A stretch of 64,000 bases of DNA from the human T2T-CHM13v2.0 reference genome, Homo sapiens (GCF_009914755.1 NC_060947.1), one strand, 5' to 3'. Shown: positions 30,287 through 45,534, counted from the stretch's first letter. Translations and numbers: made by a program. Notes: a model not told the origin generated them from the sequence alone.

Positions 30287-30532
30287 TAATCTCCTCTTAT
30301 GAAGACACTAACCATTTTGGACTACCCCCATCGGCCCCATGGCTTCATTTTTCCTTGATCACCTCTTTAAAGGCACTATCTCCAAATATAGTTACATTCC
30401 AATGTACTAGGGGTTAGGGCTTTAGCAGATGAATGTTTGGAAGACAAAACTCAGTCCATAACAACCAGTTAACCTTATTCCTTTAAAAGGTCCTCAAAGA
30501 ACCAACTTCCCAAGAGATAAAATGAGTCCCAC

Positions 30533-30700
30533 CAGACGCCATGTTGCATGGCTGTAATCCCAGCCATTTGGGAGGCTGAGGCAGAAGGATCACTTGAGCC
30601 CAGGGGTTTGAGGCTGCAGTGAGCCACAATTGTGCCTGACAATAGCTACTGCACTCTAGCCTGGGCAACACAGTGAGACTCCATCTCTAAAAAAAAAAAA
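30533..30700 (+). mobile_element. FRAM/Alu right monomer
   Basis: Single arm ctgtaatcccagc...gcctgggcaacacagtgagactccatctc plus A tail. Confidence 0.85.
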
Positions 30701-31847
30701 GTGTAGAAATATGTGTCCTTCTCTTTTCTTGCTGAAACATTTTATAATGGTACAGCTTTCATACTTTTCCCAAAGTTTTTAAAACTCATTTCTGCCTTTA
30801 GGAAAGCAATACCACCCTCCTAGTCATTCCTTCCACCTGCCTCCCTGTAGGCCTCTGTGGATTGCCATGGAAGGTCCAGAGTCCACAGTAGCTGGAGGCC
30901 CATGGCAGACACAAGCCCAAGGCACTCACAGGAACTATAGCAAAGGCTCAAGTGACATAGGCCTGTGGCAGACATGGGTCCACAGAGGTCACAGCGCTTC
31001 CAGAAAACAGAGTCCTCCGGAGGTCACTGAGCCCAGAGTCCAGGCAAACATCAGCTCCAGGGGCAAAACACCAGACCCACCTTCCTAGTTTTGTGGTGGC
31101 TTTAGTGAGTCAGAGGAGAGATTCCTGGTCCCCACTTGAGCACTTCTGGAGGATGGATAACTGTGGGAGAACTGATGGCCTGAGGGGAAAGCAGAAAGCT
31201 GTCCCTCAGCTCAGCAGTCACTCCATGCTTCTTGGGCCAGACACTTCTCCCTAGGTTGTTTTCTGTTTTCCTACAAAATGGGCGGAGGGGGGTGAGTTGG
31301 ATAGAGGAGCAAGTTTTTCGCCACAAGATATCATTTCTCTCCAGCAGACCTCCCCTGCTGGGGATGGGGGGCATGGAATGAGGCCAAAACTGTGAGGCCA
31401 CTGGTCAACGAAGGCTTTTCCTGATCCTGACCAGAGAAGCTTCTCGCAGGTGCTACTGGTGTTCGGGATCTCGGTTTCCCTCTGGCCCACCCTTCTGTCC
31501 TTTCAACGAATCTTCATTAACATGACCACGGGCCAAGCACTGTGCTAAGTACTTAATTTTCTTTAATGGCTTGAATTTACCCTGCTCACAGAAACCCTGC
31601 CAAGACCTTCCTCTCCACCCATGAACCCCAGCCTTGTACCCAGATGACTTGAAGCCCCTAACCCCACTCCACCCCTACCCCTCCAGTAAACAGGCTGTCC
31701 TGAAGGTTGTGGTCGTTCTTCTGTAGCAGCAGGTGGGGTGAAGGAAGTTGGGACGAGCCTCTAGATGGTGGCTTCTTCCCATCCAAGCTGCCCACAACAG
31801 GGGGGTGAGTGTTGGAGGCGCAAACAGGCAGCCTTCTCCATAGGATT

Positions 31848-32143
31848 CTTTTTTTTTTTTTTTGACAGAGGCTCACTCTGTTGCCCAGGCTGGAGGGCAG
31901 TGGCATAATCTTGGCTCACTGCAACCTCCGCCTCCTGAGTTCAAGCGATCCTCCTGCCTCAACCTCCTGAGTAGCTAGGACTACAGGCGCCTGCCACCAC
32001 ACCCGGCTAATTTTTGTATTTTTAGCAGAGACAGGGTTTCCCCATGTTGGCCAGGCTGATCTCAAACTCCTGACCTCAGGTGATCAGTCTGCCTTGGCCT
32101 CCCAAAGTGCTGGGGTTACAGGGGTGAACAACTGCACCCGGCC
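31848..32143 (-). mobile_element. AluS
   Basis: TSD ctccataggatt (31836-31847 and 32144-32155). Confidence 0.95.
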
Positions 32144-33502
32144 CTCCATAGGATTTTTGGCCAGCTTTCCTGCTTAGGTTTGCTGGTTGCTGTCAGGGAC
32201 CACACCCTGCCAAGGAAAACGAAAACCGAGAGCTCAGGAGAGAAGCCACTGTGTACAGAGCACAAGCCTCGAAATGGTTCTTTAGCTCCTGTCTAAACTT
32301 CAGAAATGTGACTTTCGGGTAGGACAAAGGCTGCTGTAGAGCAAAATTGGGACAAATACATAACAAGGTAGGGATCCTGTAATTCCACTTAATTGCAGGT
32401 TGATACGGAAAGTGGCCCCCATTGCAGGCTCTCAACGTGCTACACGGGGGCAAGGTTTCATTTTATAGAGAGGTCCCCTGAGTCACTGCCTCGCAGGGTG
32501 CAGGGGTTGAGACGCAAGAGGCCCTGTCCAAGGAAGTGGGTGGGGGGCTATGCGCCACCAGGATTGCGGGCTGGCCTCCAGGTCTCAGTCCTGTCCTTGG
32601 CTGGAGCATGGAGATCCTGATTAACATGAAAACAGAAGCCAGTTCAGCGTCCTCGGGCAGCTGGCGGCTTCTGCTCTGCGTCTGAGGGGGAAGGGAACCG
32701 TTCTATCACTGTCTTTCTTGGCCAATTAGATGATTCAGCATATTCCCGGCCTCTCTCTTGGCTGAGGTGATTTATAGTGAGCTCTGCAGGCCTGGCGAGA
32801 GTGAGTGATGGGGAATAGGGGCCCATCCAACACGTGCGTGCATGTGCATGTGCGTGTTGTGTGCACACTTTACACATCACGTACACAGCACCAGATGGGG
32901 GTTGTGTGCGAGAGAGAGGAAAACATTTGCAGGCCTCTCCAGCTTCACTGGTTGCTGCCAGTTTCTATTGGAGAATTTCTCCTCTCAGGCGAAAATATTT
33001 ACTTACGGGGATCCTCCAAGATCTTTTTTTTTTTTTTTTCTCACATGAGGGGTCGAAACGGAGGAATGGGAAGAAGTGCAGGAGTTTAGGGCTTAGTCTG
33101 CTTAGCTGTTTTGAGTTAAGAACTTCTGGGGAAACAAATGAGAAGGGAGGCAAGAGGGGCTGAGCCGTTTTGCCTCTGATGTCTGAACTCGCTTCTCTGA
33201 TGATGGCAGCGGAAAATGGGCCTGATGCTGAGGGTGCAGCTGTGGGCGGGCATTACGGGAATGCGTGTGTGCATTTGGGACGTGAACAAGATGCCCTTCT
33301 GCATCAGCATTCAAGCATTTCTCATGGACATTTTGATGGGATGCTTTCATGGGATTGCTCTAATATACAGCTCTGTCTATCCTGGAGTTGGGATATATTT
33401 TTGTATCTACTGCACCAGGATGATGAAAGAAGCTATGTTGTGTCCTTAGGGGTAAGGTAGCCCCAGCCCAATCTTCCTGAAGGAGTCAAAGAGAGACCAT
33501 GA

Positions 33503-33887
<385 letters not shown>

Positions 33888-34548
33888 TGTAATGGACTCT
33901 TGATATCATCCATTGAACAGTAACCTTTCTAAGCCCCTTTCTAAGTTGCCCCTTTGAAGTTTGAACCCCTGGGCCTGACATCCTTTACCACCTTCATCAC
34001 GGTCATTGTCAGCATCATCAATGTCTCCTCCCCCATGTTTATTAAGTGCCTAGTATATGCCAGCCATTATTCAAGGTGCTTTATATACTTCATTTATTCC
34101 CCAAGACAATCCTTTGGCAATACTGTTAGCATCCTATCATGGTTAATTTTATGTCAATTTGACTGGGCCACAGGGTACCCAGACATTTGGTCAAACATTA
34201 TCTGGGTATGTCTCTGTGGGTGTTTCTGCATGAGAAGGACATTTGAATTGGTAGAGATAGCAAAGTAGATAGCCCTCCCTAATGTGGGTGGGCCTTGTAC
34301 AATTGGTTGAAGACCTGAATAGAACAAAAAGGCTGAGTAAGGGGGTACTTTGCCTGCCTGACTGTTTGAACTGGAACATCAGTCTTCTCCTGTCCTTGGA
34401 CTGGACTTACATCTCCCAGTTCTCTGGCTTTCAGACTTGGACTGGAACTATACCACTGGCTCCCCTGGGTCTCTAGCTTGCAGATGGCAAAATATGGGAC
34501 TTCTCAGCCTCCATAATCATGTGAGCCAATTCCTTATATCTATTTATG

Positions 34549-34576
34549 TCTATCTATCTATCTATCTATCTATCTG

Positions 34577-34618
<42 letters not shown>

Positions 34619-34624
34619 TCTATC
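34549..34624. repeat. Compound (TCTA)n(TCTG)n(TCTA)n STR inside the MLT2 LTR
   Basis: Seen directly. Confidence 0.95.
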
Positions 34625-34744
34625 CTATCATCTTCTACTTCCATTGGTTCTGTGTCTCTGGAGAATCCTGGCTAATACACATTTTGGAACAAAGAGTGGT
34701 TCTAGAGGAACAGAATTTTAAGGATGAGGTTTCTGAATTGGTTC

Positions 34745-37040
34745 TAGGGTTTCTGGAATTGGCTGTCTAATCTGATTAGATTTAAAAACATTAATGACTC
34801 TATTTCTAGTAGTAACAAGAGCACTGATAATCTACGGTGTGATCTGGCAATAAAGTTACACAAAATATCACCACTGGATGTTCCTAATCAACCTATAAGA
34901 AGCAAGGAGCTGGGTGACTGTGAATATAATATTTGTGAGCAATTTTTTTCAAATTAATGAATATGAGATTGGCTGGTTGCTTTTAATGTTGCTGTACAAA
35001 ATGAAGAAAGAAAAGGATGAGCTCAGGGATTCAAATTCCTAGCTCAAGTACCACATAAATGATCTGAAAGCTTCCATGTGTCTCATGAAAGAGACCCTTA
35101 TCTCCTGTAGCCACAGGGCTCAGATTGCCGAAAATCAGATCCAGAATCTCATCCTGTAACTGGCTGAATTACAATGCAAGTTGAACTTCTAGCCTCGTCG
35201 TTTGTCTACTAATGGAGTGGGGGCATTGATTGGGAAGGAATGGGATCCTGAAAGTTGGAATGGGGCTGTGTGGGAAAGGCCCTGATGAAGCTGGGGTCAT
35301 TGAGCCCCTAAATTCTCGTTAATCTTCTTTGCCAATGGAAGAAGTCTCCCCAAGCCCAGTGGGAGCAGCATCCTCACCTCCAGTGGGAGCAGCTTCTCTA
35401 TCCCCATCTGAGGAGATTAGTCATGCATTGCCTGAGGAAACTGCAATGGCTTCTCCTGAGGCAGTTGCTGTGCAAGACAATGCTGAGTCTCCTCAGAAAC
35501 CACCCCACCATGCTTCTTTGCTTCTAGACCTATACCTAGACTCAAGTTCCAACAGGCCTCTAAAGGTGAGGTATGAAGTATGACCCATGAGGAGGTGCAC
35601 TGCACTCCAACAAACTACTTGAGCTTTCTAATTTATACAGACAGAATCTAGGGAACATGTGTGGGAATGGATACTAAGTATGTGGGATAATGGTGGAGGG
35701 AACACAAAGTTGGATCAGGCCGAATTCATTGATATGGGCCCACTAAGCAGAGATTTTACATTAATATTGCAGCTTAAGGAGTTGGAAAGGACTCCAACAG
35801 TTGGGTTGGCTGGTTAGCTGAAACATGGACCAAAAGGTGGCCCACAGACCGAAAGGTGACTCACTCACAGTAAGTGAGTTGATCTGCCTTAGTTTAATGT
35901 AGAGGATAAAATTCAAAGGCTTAGGGAGATTGGAATGTTAGAGTGGATTTGTCATTTGAGACCTACTCACCCACCCTGGAAGGGTCCAAAAGACATAACT
36001 TTCACCAACACTGTGAGAAATAGATTTGTGAGGGGAGCCCTGGCATCCTTGAAGAGCTCTGGGATTGCTCTTCTTTGTAGGCCAGATCTTACAGTAGGAA
36101 CTACAGTCACTGAATTGCACTAAACTCAATGGGGCTAATTGAATCCCAGGGTGGCAGGGGCCAAGTGGCAGGCACTTGACTGCCAAAGGCAAGGTGGGAA
36201 TTGTTACCATAATGGATAGCAGAGCCAAAGTAGCAGTAAGAATAGTCTGGCTCATGCATACCTATGGCGTTCGCTAGATGATCATAGTGTTCCTAGAAAT
36301 GAAATAGATAGGAAGCCTACTAGATTCTTACTTGATCTGTAGAATGTTAGGAATAGCGCTCAAAATCCTGAGGAAATTGAACACTCGAACAGAGGATTTT
36401 TAGCAAAGCAATTTTACTTCTGTGTAGAGGGGTGCCTCCTTGGCCAGTTGCCATGAGAGCACACCTGAACAAAGGGGCACGAGAGCCTTTATTCCTGACG
36501 CAAGTCCTGCCCCTGTACCCTTTCCCCATTGGCTTGGGTCGGGTCGTACAATCTAAACTAATCCCGGTTGGCTAAACATTTGATTTTTTTTTTTAAGATA
36601 GGGTGGGCGCATAAAAGAAAGTGGAGAGGGAGGGAAAGGGGTGTCCTTAATAAGCTAGAAAGTTAGTCCTCTTTCCAAATAAGGAAAGGAATGTGAGCTG
36701 GTACTGATAACAGTTGGTACTGTGGCATGCCTGGGCATCTAACAAAGGCAAAAAGGAAAAAAAAGGAGAAAAAAGGAGAAAAAAAGGGAGGGTACTATGA
36801 ATTAAAGAATAAAAGATTGATCAGATTATTTCAAGAGAAACCTCATCATATCCCACAAGAAGCAGCAAAAGTTCTAGGTCAAGTGAACAAAAGTCTAATC
36901 CGAATTATATAAACAGATAGTCATAGCCCCTCAATCTATTGCCAGACTTGAGCCAGGTTGCAGACTCAGAACTCCTTAAGTGTAGGGAAGTCAGGGTTCC
37001 CTTGAGGAAGAACCCCAGTATACTGTCAAAATTTTATACT
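34745..37040 (+). pseudogene. Disrupted ERV-L gag
   Basis: Fragments such as EHVWEWILSMWDNGG and LREIGMLEWICHLRPTHP, with many stops and frameshifts. Confidence 0.8.
36345..36857 (-). mobile_element. LTR10-family (LTR10B-like, ERV1) solo LTR inserted in ERV-L gag
   Basis: Minus strand tgtgggatatgatgaggtttctc...cctaaca; TSD agaa at 36341-36344 and 36858-36861. Confidence 0.85.
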
Positions 37041-37679
37041 ATTCTACTGGTTGTTTCTCTGGAGAACCTTGAATAACACATATCCACACTTAACAGATAG
37101 GGACACTGAGGCACAAGGTCTTACTTAGGAAGTTAGGATTTGCACCCAGGCAGTGTGACTCCAAGGCCCTCCTGCCTAGACCACTAGTTCTCTTGCCCTC
37201 TGGCTCCTTAGCTTCTGCATATTCAAATAATTCCTGGGAAGATTCAGCATGGGCAAATGAGCTGAGAAGCCTGAGAAGCCTGAGAATCCTGGGTCCTGGG
37301 CTGCCACTAACTTCCCCATCTAAACCGCCTTGGGCCACATCATGGAAGGATTAATGAGAACTGCTGAGGGCTGGCTTGCCACATCCTGGGTTGGAAAACC
37401 TCAGTCACCCTGAGAAGAAGGTGATGTAGTGGAAGCAGGAGGTAGGAGAACCAGCTTCTATTTCTACCTGCCCATTGACTTGCTGCGTAGCCATCTCTCT
37501 GCACCATAGTTTCATCAGCTGTGAAAGGAGAAGTGTAGGCGTGATTAATCTCTGTTGCTCCTAAATCCTGTGATTTGAAAGGGCTGTGGCCTTCAGATTA
37601 TTGAGCAGCCTGAAGTAAGCAAGTCAACCATTGCATAATCTGAGTGCTTCACGGTATATGTACCCAGTTGCAGAGAAAG

Positions 37680-38126
<447 letters not shown>

Positions 38127-38719
38127 TGAATTTAGAGGGTGAAAATAAAAGTTTAAATCCAGGCTCTTCTCTTTACTGTGAGACTTTGGGCAAATTCCTG
38201 AATTTCTCTGATTCTGTTTCTGTAAAATGAGAATAATGATACCAACTTTTGGAATTTCTGAGATATTTTAAGGAGGTAACACAGGCACTGTGCTAATATA
38301 AGTGGCTACACAGTCTGCAGTGTTTCCTTCCCTTCTTGACTCAATTGATGTCAACATGGCTCATTCTCCCAGCTGGAGGACTAAAAGTATTATTCATTTC
38401 TTTCCCCTTTTCTTTTCAGAAGCCCGAGAAAGCCTTGAGAGCACTATTGGAACCAGCTAGGTTCTTAAAGGGTCAGGCTTGCTTTCTGTCTTGATTTTCT
38501 TCCCTTCTTCCTTGTTTTCTGACTCCTTTCCCTGATTCTTTTCTCTTATTCAACAAGCAGTTGCTAAGAAGCTCTCTGTATGGGCATTTGTGCTGATTCT
38601 TTGAAGGTCAAGTTTGGCCAGCTTTCTGCGTGTAAAGCAAATGCCTTCCCTTCATCTCAGCTGGATGTCACATGGCTGCTTGAAGCAGGGAGGAGGGCAG
38701 AGTCTGCTTCAGTGGGGCC

Positions 38720-38960
38720 ATGTGTGCATGTACACGTGGACACCGCATATGTGTGTGTGTATATATGGGAATCTATATATGTGTGTATATACATGAGGAC
38801 ACCCACACATGTACTGTGTACATGAGGAGACCCACATGTGTATATGTATGTGTATACAAGAACATTCACATATGTGTACACATGGACGCCCAAGTACATG
38901 TACAAGCTGACACCCATGTATGCACTAACACCAAAACATGATTCTCTAGCACATGCACAG
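38720..38960. repeat. Degenerate purine-pyrimidine (TG/CA/TA) low-complexity tract
   Basis: tgtgtgtgtatatatggg...catgtgtatatgtatgtgtatac. Confidence 0.8.
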
Positions 38961-38984
38961 ATGGTTCTGATAAAACCTCTTCCA

Positions 38985-39155
38985 GGCCAGGCAGGGTGGC
39001 TCATACCTGTAATCCCAGCACTTTGGAAAGCTGAGGCAGGAGGATGGCTTGAGGCCAGGAGTTCAAGGTTACAGTGAGTTATGATTGTACAACTGCACTC
39101 TAGCCTGAGTGACAGAGTGAGACCCTGTCTCAGAAAACAAAACAAAGACAAAAAA
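38985..39155 (+). mobile_element. Alu monomer (FRAM/FAM-like)
   Basis: One arm plus A tail; TSD aaaacctcttcc-like. Confidence 0.85.
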
Positions 39156-39339
39156 CTCTCTTCCTACCCTGCCCCCAAAGTGTAAACTGCCAGCAAAAAA
39201 CAAGTCATTTCTAATGGGCTTGAAGGAAAAAAGACATGGCTGGGTAAAAGGAAAGAATCTGTACCAGATGGTGCTCTCTTCATTCTGAAGCCAAACATTT
39301 TGAGCTATGCCTTTTCTCAGAGGGGGAAGAAAATTATTA

Positions 39340-41278
<1,939 letters not shown>

Positions 41279-41280
<2 letters not shown>

Positions 41281-41356
41281 CAGCAAATTCACAGGTTAGT
41301 GCAAATAGAGGAAGGAAGAGGTTCTTAGGAAATAAAGAGGGCGAGAGGCATTTCAC
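41279..41356 (+). repeat. Local duplication pair B, copy 1 (partner at 44010-44088)
   Basis: First 30 bp identical (aacagcaaattcacaggttagtgcaaatag), remainder diverged. Confidence 0.92.
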
Positions 41357-41399
41357 ACACACACACACACACACATACACACCTGTGCGCGCGCACACA
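41354..41399. repeat. (CA)n/(CG)n microsatellite
   Basis: Seen directly. Confidence 0.9.
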
Positions 41400-42019
41400 A
41401 GTTGGAAGGGGTGCCCCTTAATGAATTAAACACCCAATACCATTTGTCTATTCAAAAAAAGCATGACTTCATTCCTCTTTTAAGAAGGAAGATTTGATAC
41501 AGGCGTCGGACAGACACATTTATCACCTGTAGAAATTGGAGGTTCAATATTCTGCAAAGAACTTCCCTACCACTGCCCCATCTGGATGCAACAATCCCTT
41601 TTTGCCACCATTTTACCCAGTCTGAAACTTTCTCTTCTAGCACAATGTGCCCATAACTATAGGAACGGTATTCTTGAATCCTAAGTGGGCCACATGGTCT
41701 CTGTAAGAATTAATAAACTTATGCACACAGCTGGACAAAATCTTTGAACTTGAGACTGGCCACAGGACAGCAAGGGCCCTTGGTGGTCCTGCCCTAACAG
41801 TGTCTCTGACTTGCCAGTGACCTCGTGTAGCTGCTGTGTCTGTCCCATTTGAAACCCTCTCTGTCATGCCCTCCCTGTTCCCTCAGAAAAGGAGATAGTG
41901 GTGGTGGAAATGCGGCTCCTGATAAACAGATAAGCAGATTAGGACTGGCAGAAATTAGGCCCCTCAAAGCAACCAGGCTGAAGATAAAAGAGAAATTTAA
42001 TGAAAATTGAAAATACAAT

Positions 42020-42320
42020 CCATATTACATAGCCATTAAAAATGATGTTTACCAGGAATTTGTAATAGCATGGAAAATGCTTGTATCACCACATTGAGCA
42101 AGAAAAGAGCAAATTACCAAATTGCATGTACAGTTGATCACAATTATATTTTAAAAGATGTATAGTGAAAAGACTGGAGCTAAATACACCGTCATGCTGG
42201 CAATGACTGACTTTCAGTGGGAGGAGGAGCCTCCCCCCACTGTTCCGTACTTTAATCTATATATTTCCAAATATTTTCTAGAATGAGTGCATACATCTAA
42301 TTTAAATTAATCTTTAAACT
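42020..42320 (+). mobile_element. L1ME-type 3' fossil
   Basis: attacatagccattaaaaatgat...catggaaaatgctt...aaaagactggag. Confidence 0.6.
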
Positions 42321-42841
42321 TAGAAAAATAGAACGTTGGAACTTGCTTTTAAAAATACAATTTGGAGCACCGGTGCTATATGTGTAAATGATCAAATATT
42401 TATTCAGCACCTATCATGGTCCTCAGAATCCTTTGCATAATAAAACCATCACTGCCAACCTCTCCCCTCTCCCCCCATAGCAAAGCCTCCCCAGTCTCTC
42501 TCCCCGCAATACACACATACACCATCGTCTGTGTGCTGCATTTGTGACTAAGTGCCTCACCGAATACCTGAGGCAAGCTCAAGGATCTGGCACAGACATC
42601 ATTGACAAGTCAGCTTCCTTTTGGCACTTTTGCCAAGACAGGCACTCTATAACAAATGAATGCCTGGGCCTCAAAGGTCCCCAGTTAAAACCCTGGTCTC
42701 TCCAATCTCATCTCTCACATGAAGTCGCGGGCTCCCTGTGACTCTGGCTCATCCTCCCCCCATTCCAGCCCAGCCCCCGGAGCTCATCAAACATCTCTCC
42801 TTTTGTATCTGGTGGCCCACTCTTTCACCGCCAGCTTGTCC

Positions 42842-42938
42842 TGATTGACAGAGTCCACCTGTCAATCACAGGCCCTGCTCAGCCGCCTTTGAGGAGTTAA
42901 TGCGGGGGCCCCTCGGCCCTGCCTGATGGAGTTAATGC
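42842..42938. promoter_or_regulatory. Candidate enhancer: inverted pair of PBX-MEIS/PREP decamers plus a duplicated GGAGTTAATGC
   Basis: TGATTGACAG at 42842-42851, CTGTCAATCA at 42859-42868; ggagttaatgc at 42893 and 42928. Confidence 0.55.
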
Positions 42939-44009
42939 CTGCCTTCCCTGACATGGGCATTCTTCCCCTCGGGGCTAAGACCTCTCCCAGCCTCCCCACC
43001 ATGCCCTAGGAGTGTCCTGCAGGCCTTTCACAATGCCTGGCCGCCTTCATTAGCCCTGGGGGTCTTCTGGGCCCCTTTCCAGTGCAAGGCGCCATTCACA
43101 CTGATCCCCGCCCCCCAAATTCAGTATTAGGCCACCTGACCCCTGTCGGCAGCAATTTCTGTGACACAGCTCAGTGTGGGAAAGGCCAGTGACACCCTTT
43201 CTAGACCGATCAGGCCCCACACGGCCTCCTTTGACCCCACCCATCTCCTGCTGCCCCTCCCTACTGCAGGGACAGGAGTGTGGGTGGGATGGCACAGGGG
43301 CTGGTGACAGAAGCATGCTGGGCCTGGAGTGTACACCCTGCTGGGGACTGCTCTTCAATTTTGGGTCCCCATAGAGGATTCCAGAAAGGGCTCTCGCAAC
43401 ACTTATGAACCACAAAAGCAGTGAAAGTCAATAAAAGAGAAGTAGGCTTTGTGTGGAATCTATGACAGTGGAGAGCCGTGGAGCTGAGCCCCTGTTAGAC
43501 AACAGGAAAGAGGAGGCAGAGCACAGTCACAGAGCAAGAGAATGAGAGTGACAGCAACAGAGAGACTGTCTCCATAGAGAGACCCAGGTGGTTTTGGCTG
43601 ACTTAGCTCAAGAAGTCATTCACTGTCCCTTGCACTGCGTTCTATTGGTTACAAGTGGGTCAGTAGGCCATCTCAGATTCCAGGGGAGAGGACACAGATG
43701 ACACCTCTCTATGGGATGAGTGTCAAATAATTTGCAGACTTGTTTAAAACTGCTCCAGACGATGTCTATGGGGTAGTCCCGCCCCTCTGTAATACACTGC
43801 AGGCTTTTGTCATGGCTATATTAAAAAAGAAACCTAAGGGTTCCTAATAATGCCATTGATGGATTTATTATGGGAAAAGCCTAAATCTAAGAGTTGCACA
43901 TTATTTGAATGACAGCTTGAACCAGGGCAGCCACCAGCAGTAAGATCTTTCCAGAAAGAGCTTAAAGCACCTCAGCTCAAATACACCTTCTGTCACATGT
44001 GTTGGTGGT

Positions 44010-44088
44010 AACAGCAAATTCACAGGTTAGTGCAAATAGTGGAGGGAAGGGGCGCTTAGGAAAAAAAAGAGGGTGAGAGGCATTTCAC
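44010..44088 (+). repeat. Local duplication pair B, copy 2
   Basis: Aligns to 41279-41356. Confidence 0.92.
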
Positions 44089-44966
44089 CAATTAGTAAGA
44101 TGGGAGGGCTTGTTCTCCCCTCCCTAGGCCCCTCTTAATAAGATAGCCCTAGGAGGGGTCAGAAATTGTTCAGGATTAAGGATTGGAGAACCACATGGCT
44201 TTGGACAGGTCGCTCGGCTTTCTGGCCTCTGTCTCCTCAACTGGAAAGTGAGAGGGTTGGATAAATGTCTCTGAGGTTAGTCCTGGGGCCAGCACTCCAT
44301 AATTTTAACCAAGGGAAATGCATCCAGTTCAGCAGGGCTTTGCCAAGCCCACCAGCATGGGCCTAGGCAGGAAACAAGCCAAGTACAAGCTGAGTCTGTG
44401 CCCTCAAACTCCGGCATGTCTGAGGTCCCATTCTCAGCCAGTGGACAGAGTCACTAAGAATCCCATGGGTGTATTTCCTTTGTTAAGAAAAAAAGAAAAT
44501 CCTATCCCAGGGAACTATTAAAGTTGATATTAAAAAGGAAAAAAAATCAAAGAATTCTTCTGCATCCGCAGTGCAACTTCAGGAGGAAAAAACTTGGCAA
44601 TTATTCTAAGCTGGCTAAAGAGCCACGTGACAGATGGTTTTAAAAATACTGAGTGCAGTTCCTTGACACACCCCACGTGGAATCCTGGCCAAAGGTTTCC
44701 TCTACACTCACTCCTGAGCGAACCAATACACCACTGGCATACTCCTGAGGCTTGGGAGGAAATGCAAAGAGGCTGGCTCCGTTCCCCTGCCCTCAGAGTA
44801 TTGAGCTCCACATCAGGACTTGAGGGAAAGGCAGAATCTTGGCTGATGAAAAAAGTCAGCACATACAACATGCGGGGTAGGGATTTGGTTCCATCAGGAT
44901 GAGGGCCAGAGACCTGGCCACCTGGCACTTCCTAAGTTCCCTCTGCAGACACCAGTTTTCATCCTA

Positions 44967-45534
44967 GTAGAAGATGATATTTTCCCAAGATGGCTGCAAC
45001 CAGAGCTCCCATCCATCCCACAGCATGTGGATGCTCTTCTTACAATGTACTATCGAGTGGAATCTATGTGCCCTCCCTCCTGAATCCAGTGGCCTGTGAT
45101 TATGGCAGAAGTGACACTATTTGACTTCTGAGACTAGGCCATTAGAGGCCATCAAGTTTCCTCCAGGTTCTCTGTTAGGATTTTCACTGCTAGAATCCAG
45201 TGACCATGCTGCAAAGAAGCCCATGACATGGGAAGTGGCCCATGTGTAGGTATTCCAGCTGATTGCCCCAGTTGAGGTTCTAGACAATAGCCACCATCAA
45301 CCACTGAATGTGGGACTAAAGGAGCTTTCAGAGGATGCCAGCTCCCAGCCTTTGAGACACCCCCAGCCTTTGACTCTTCCTAACTGAAGCCACAGACATC
45401 ATAGAGCAGAAACAAGTTGCCCCTGTTGTGCCCTTTCCAGATTCCTGACCCACAGAATCTGTGAACAACATAAAATAGTCATTGCTTTAAGCCAGTAAGC
45501 CTGGGGATATTTGTTACATAGCAACAGTAACTGA
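44967..45534 (+). mobile_element. MLT1H-like LTR
   Basis: cccaagatggctgcaac...ggcagaagtgacactatttgacttctgag...tttaagccagtaag. Confidence 0.8.

Larger units (their letters stand above)
27695..30463 (-). mobile_element. MLT1B-like LTR split by a FLAM and THE1A
   Basis: ttagtctgctc...cataacaaaataccacagactg...; resumes at 30287 and ends tcagtccataaca. Confidence 0.85.
34135..37080 (+). mobile_element. Deleted ERV-L provirus: MLT2B-like 5' LTR 34135-34679, gag remnant to about 37040, last 40 bp of the 3' LTR
   Basis: MLT2 LTR, PBS-like ttttggaacaaagagtggttctagagg, gag start GFWNWLSNLIR; TSD catcc/tatcc; flanks rejoin into one MIR. Confidence 0.9.

Noticed and set aside
38395-38480. Strong polypyrimidine tract plus CAG at about 38419 suggesting a + strand exon
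   Set aside because: No convincing donor or reading-frame support; such tracts are common.
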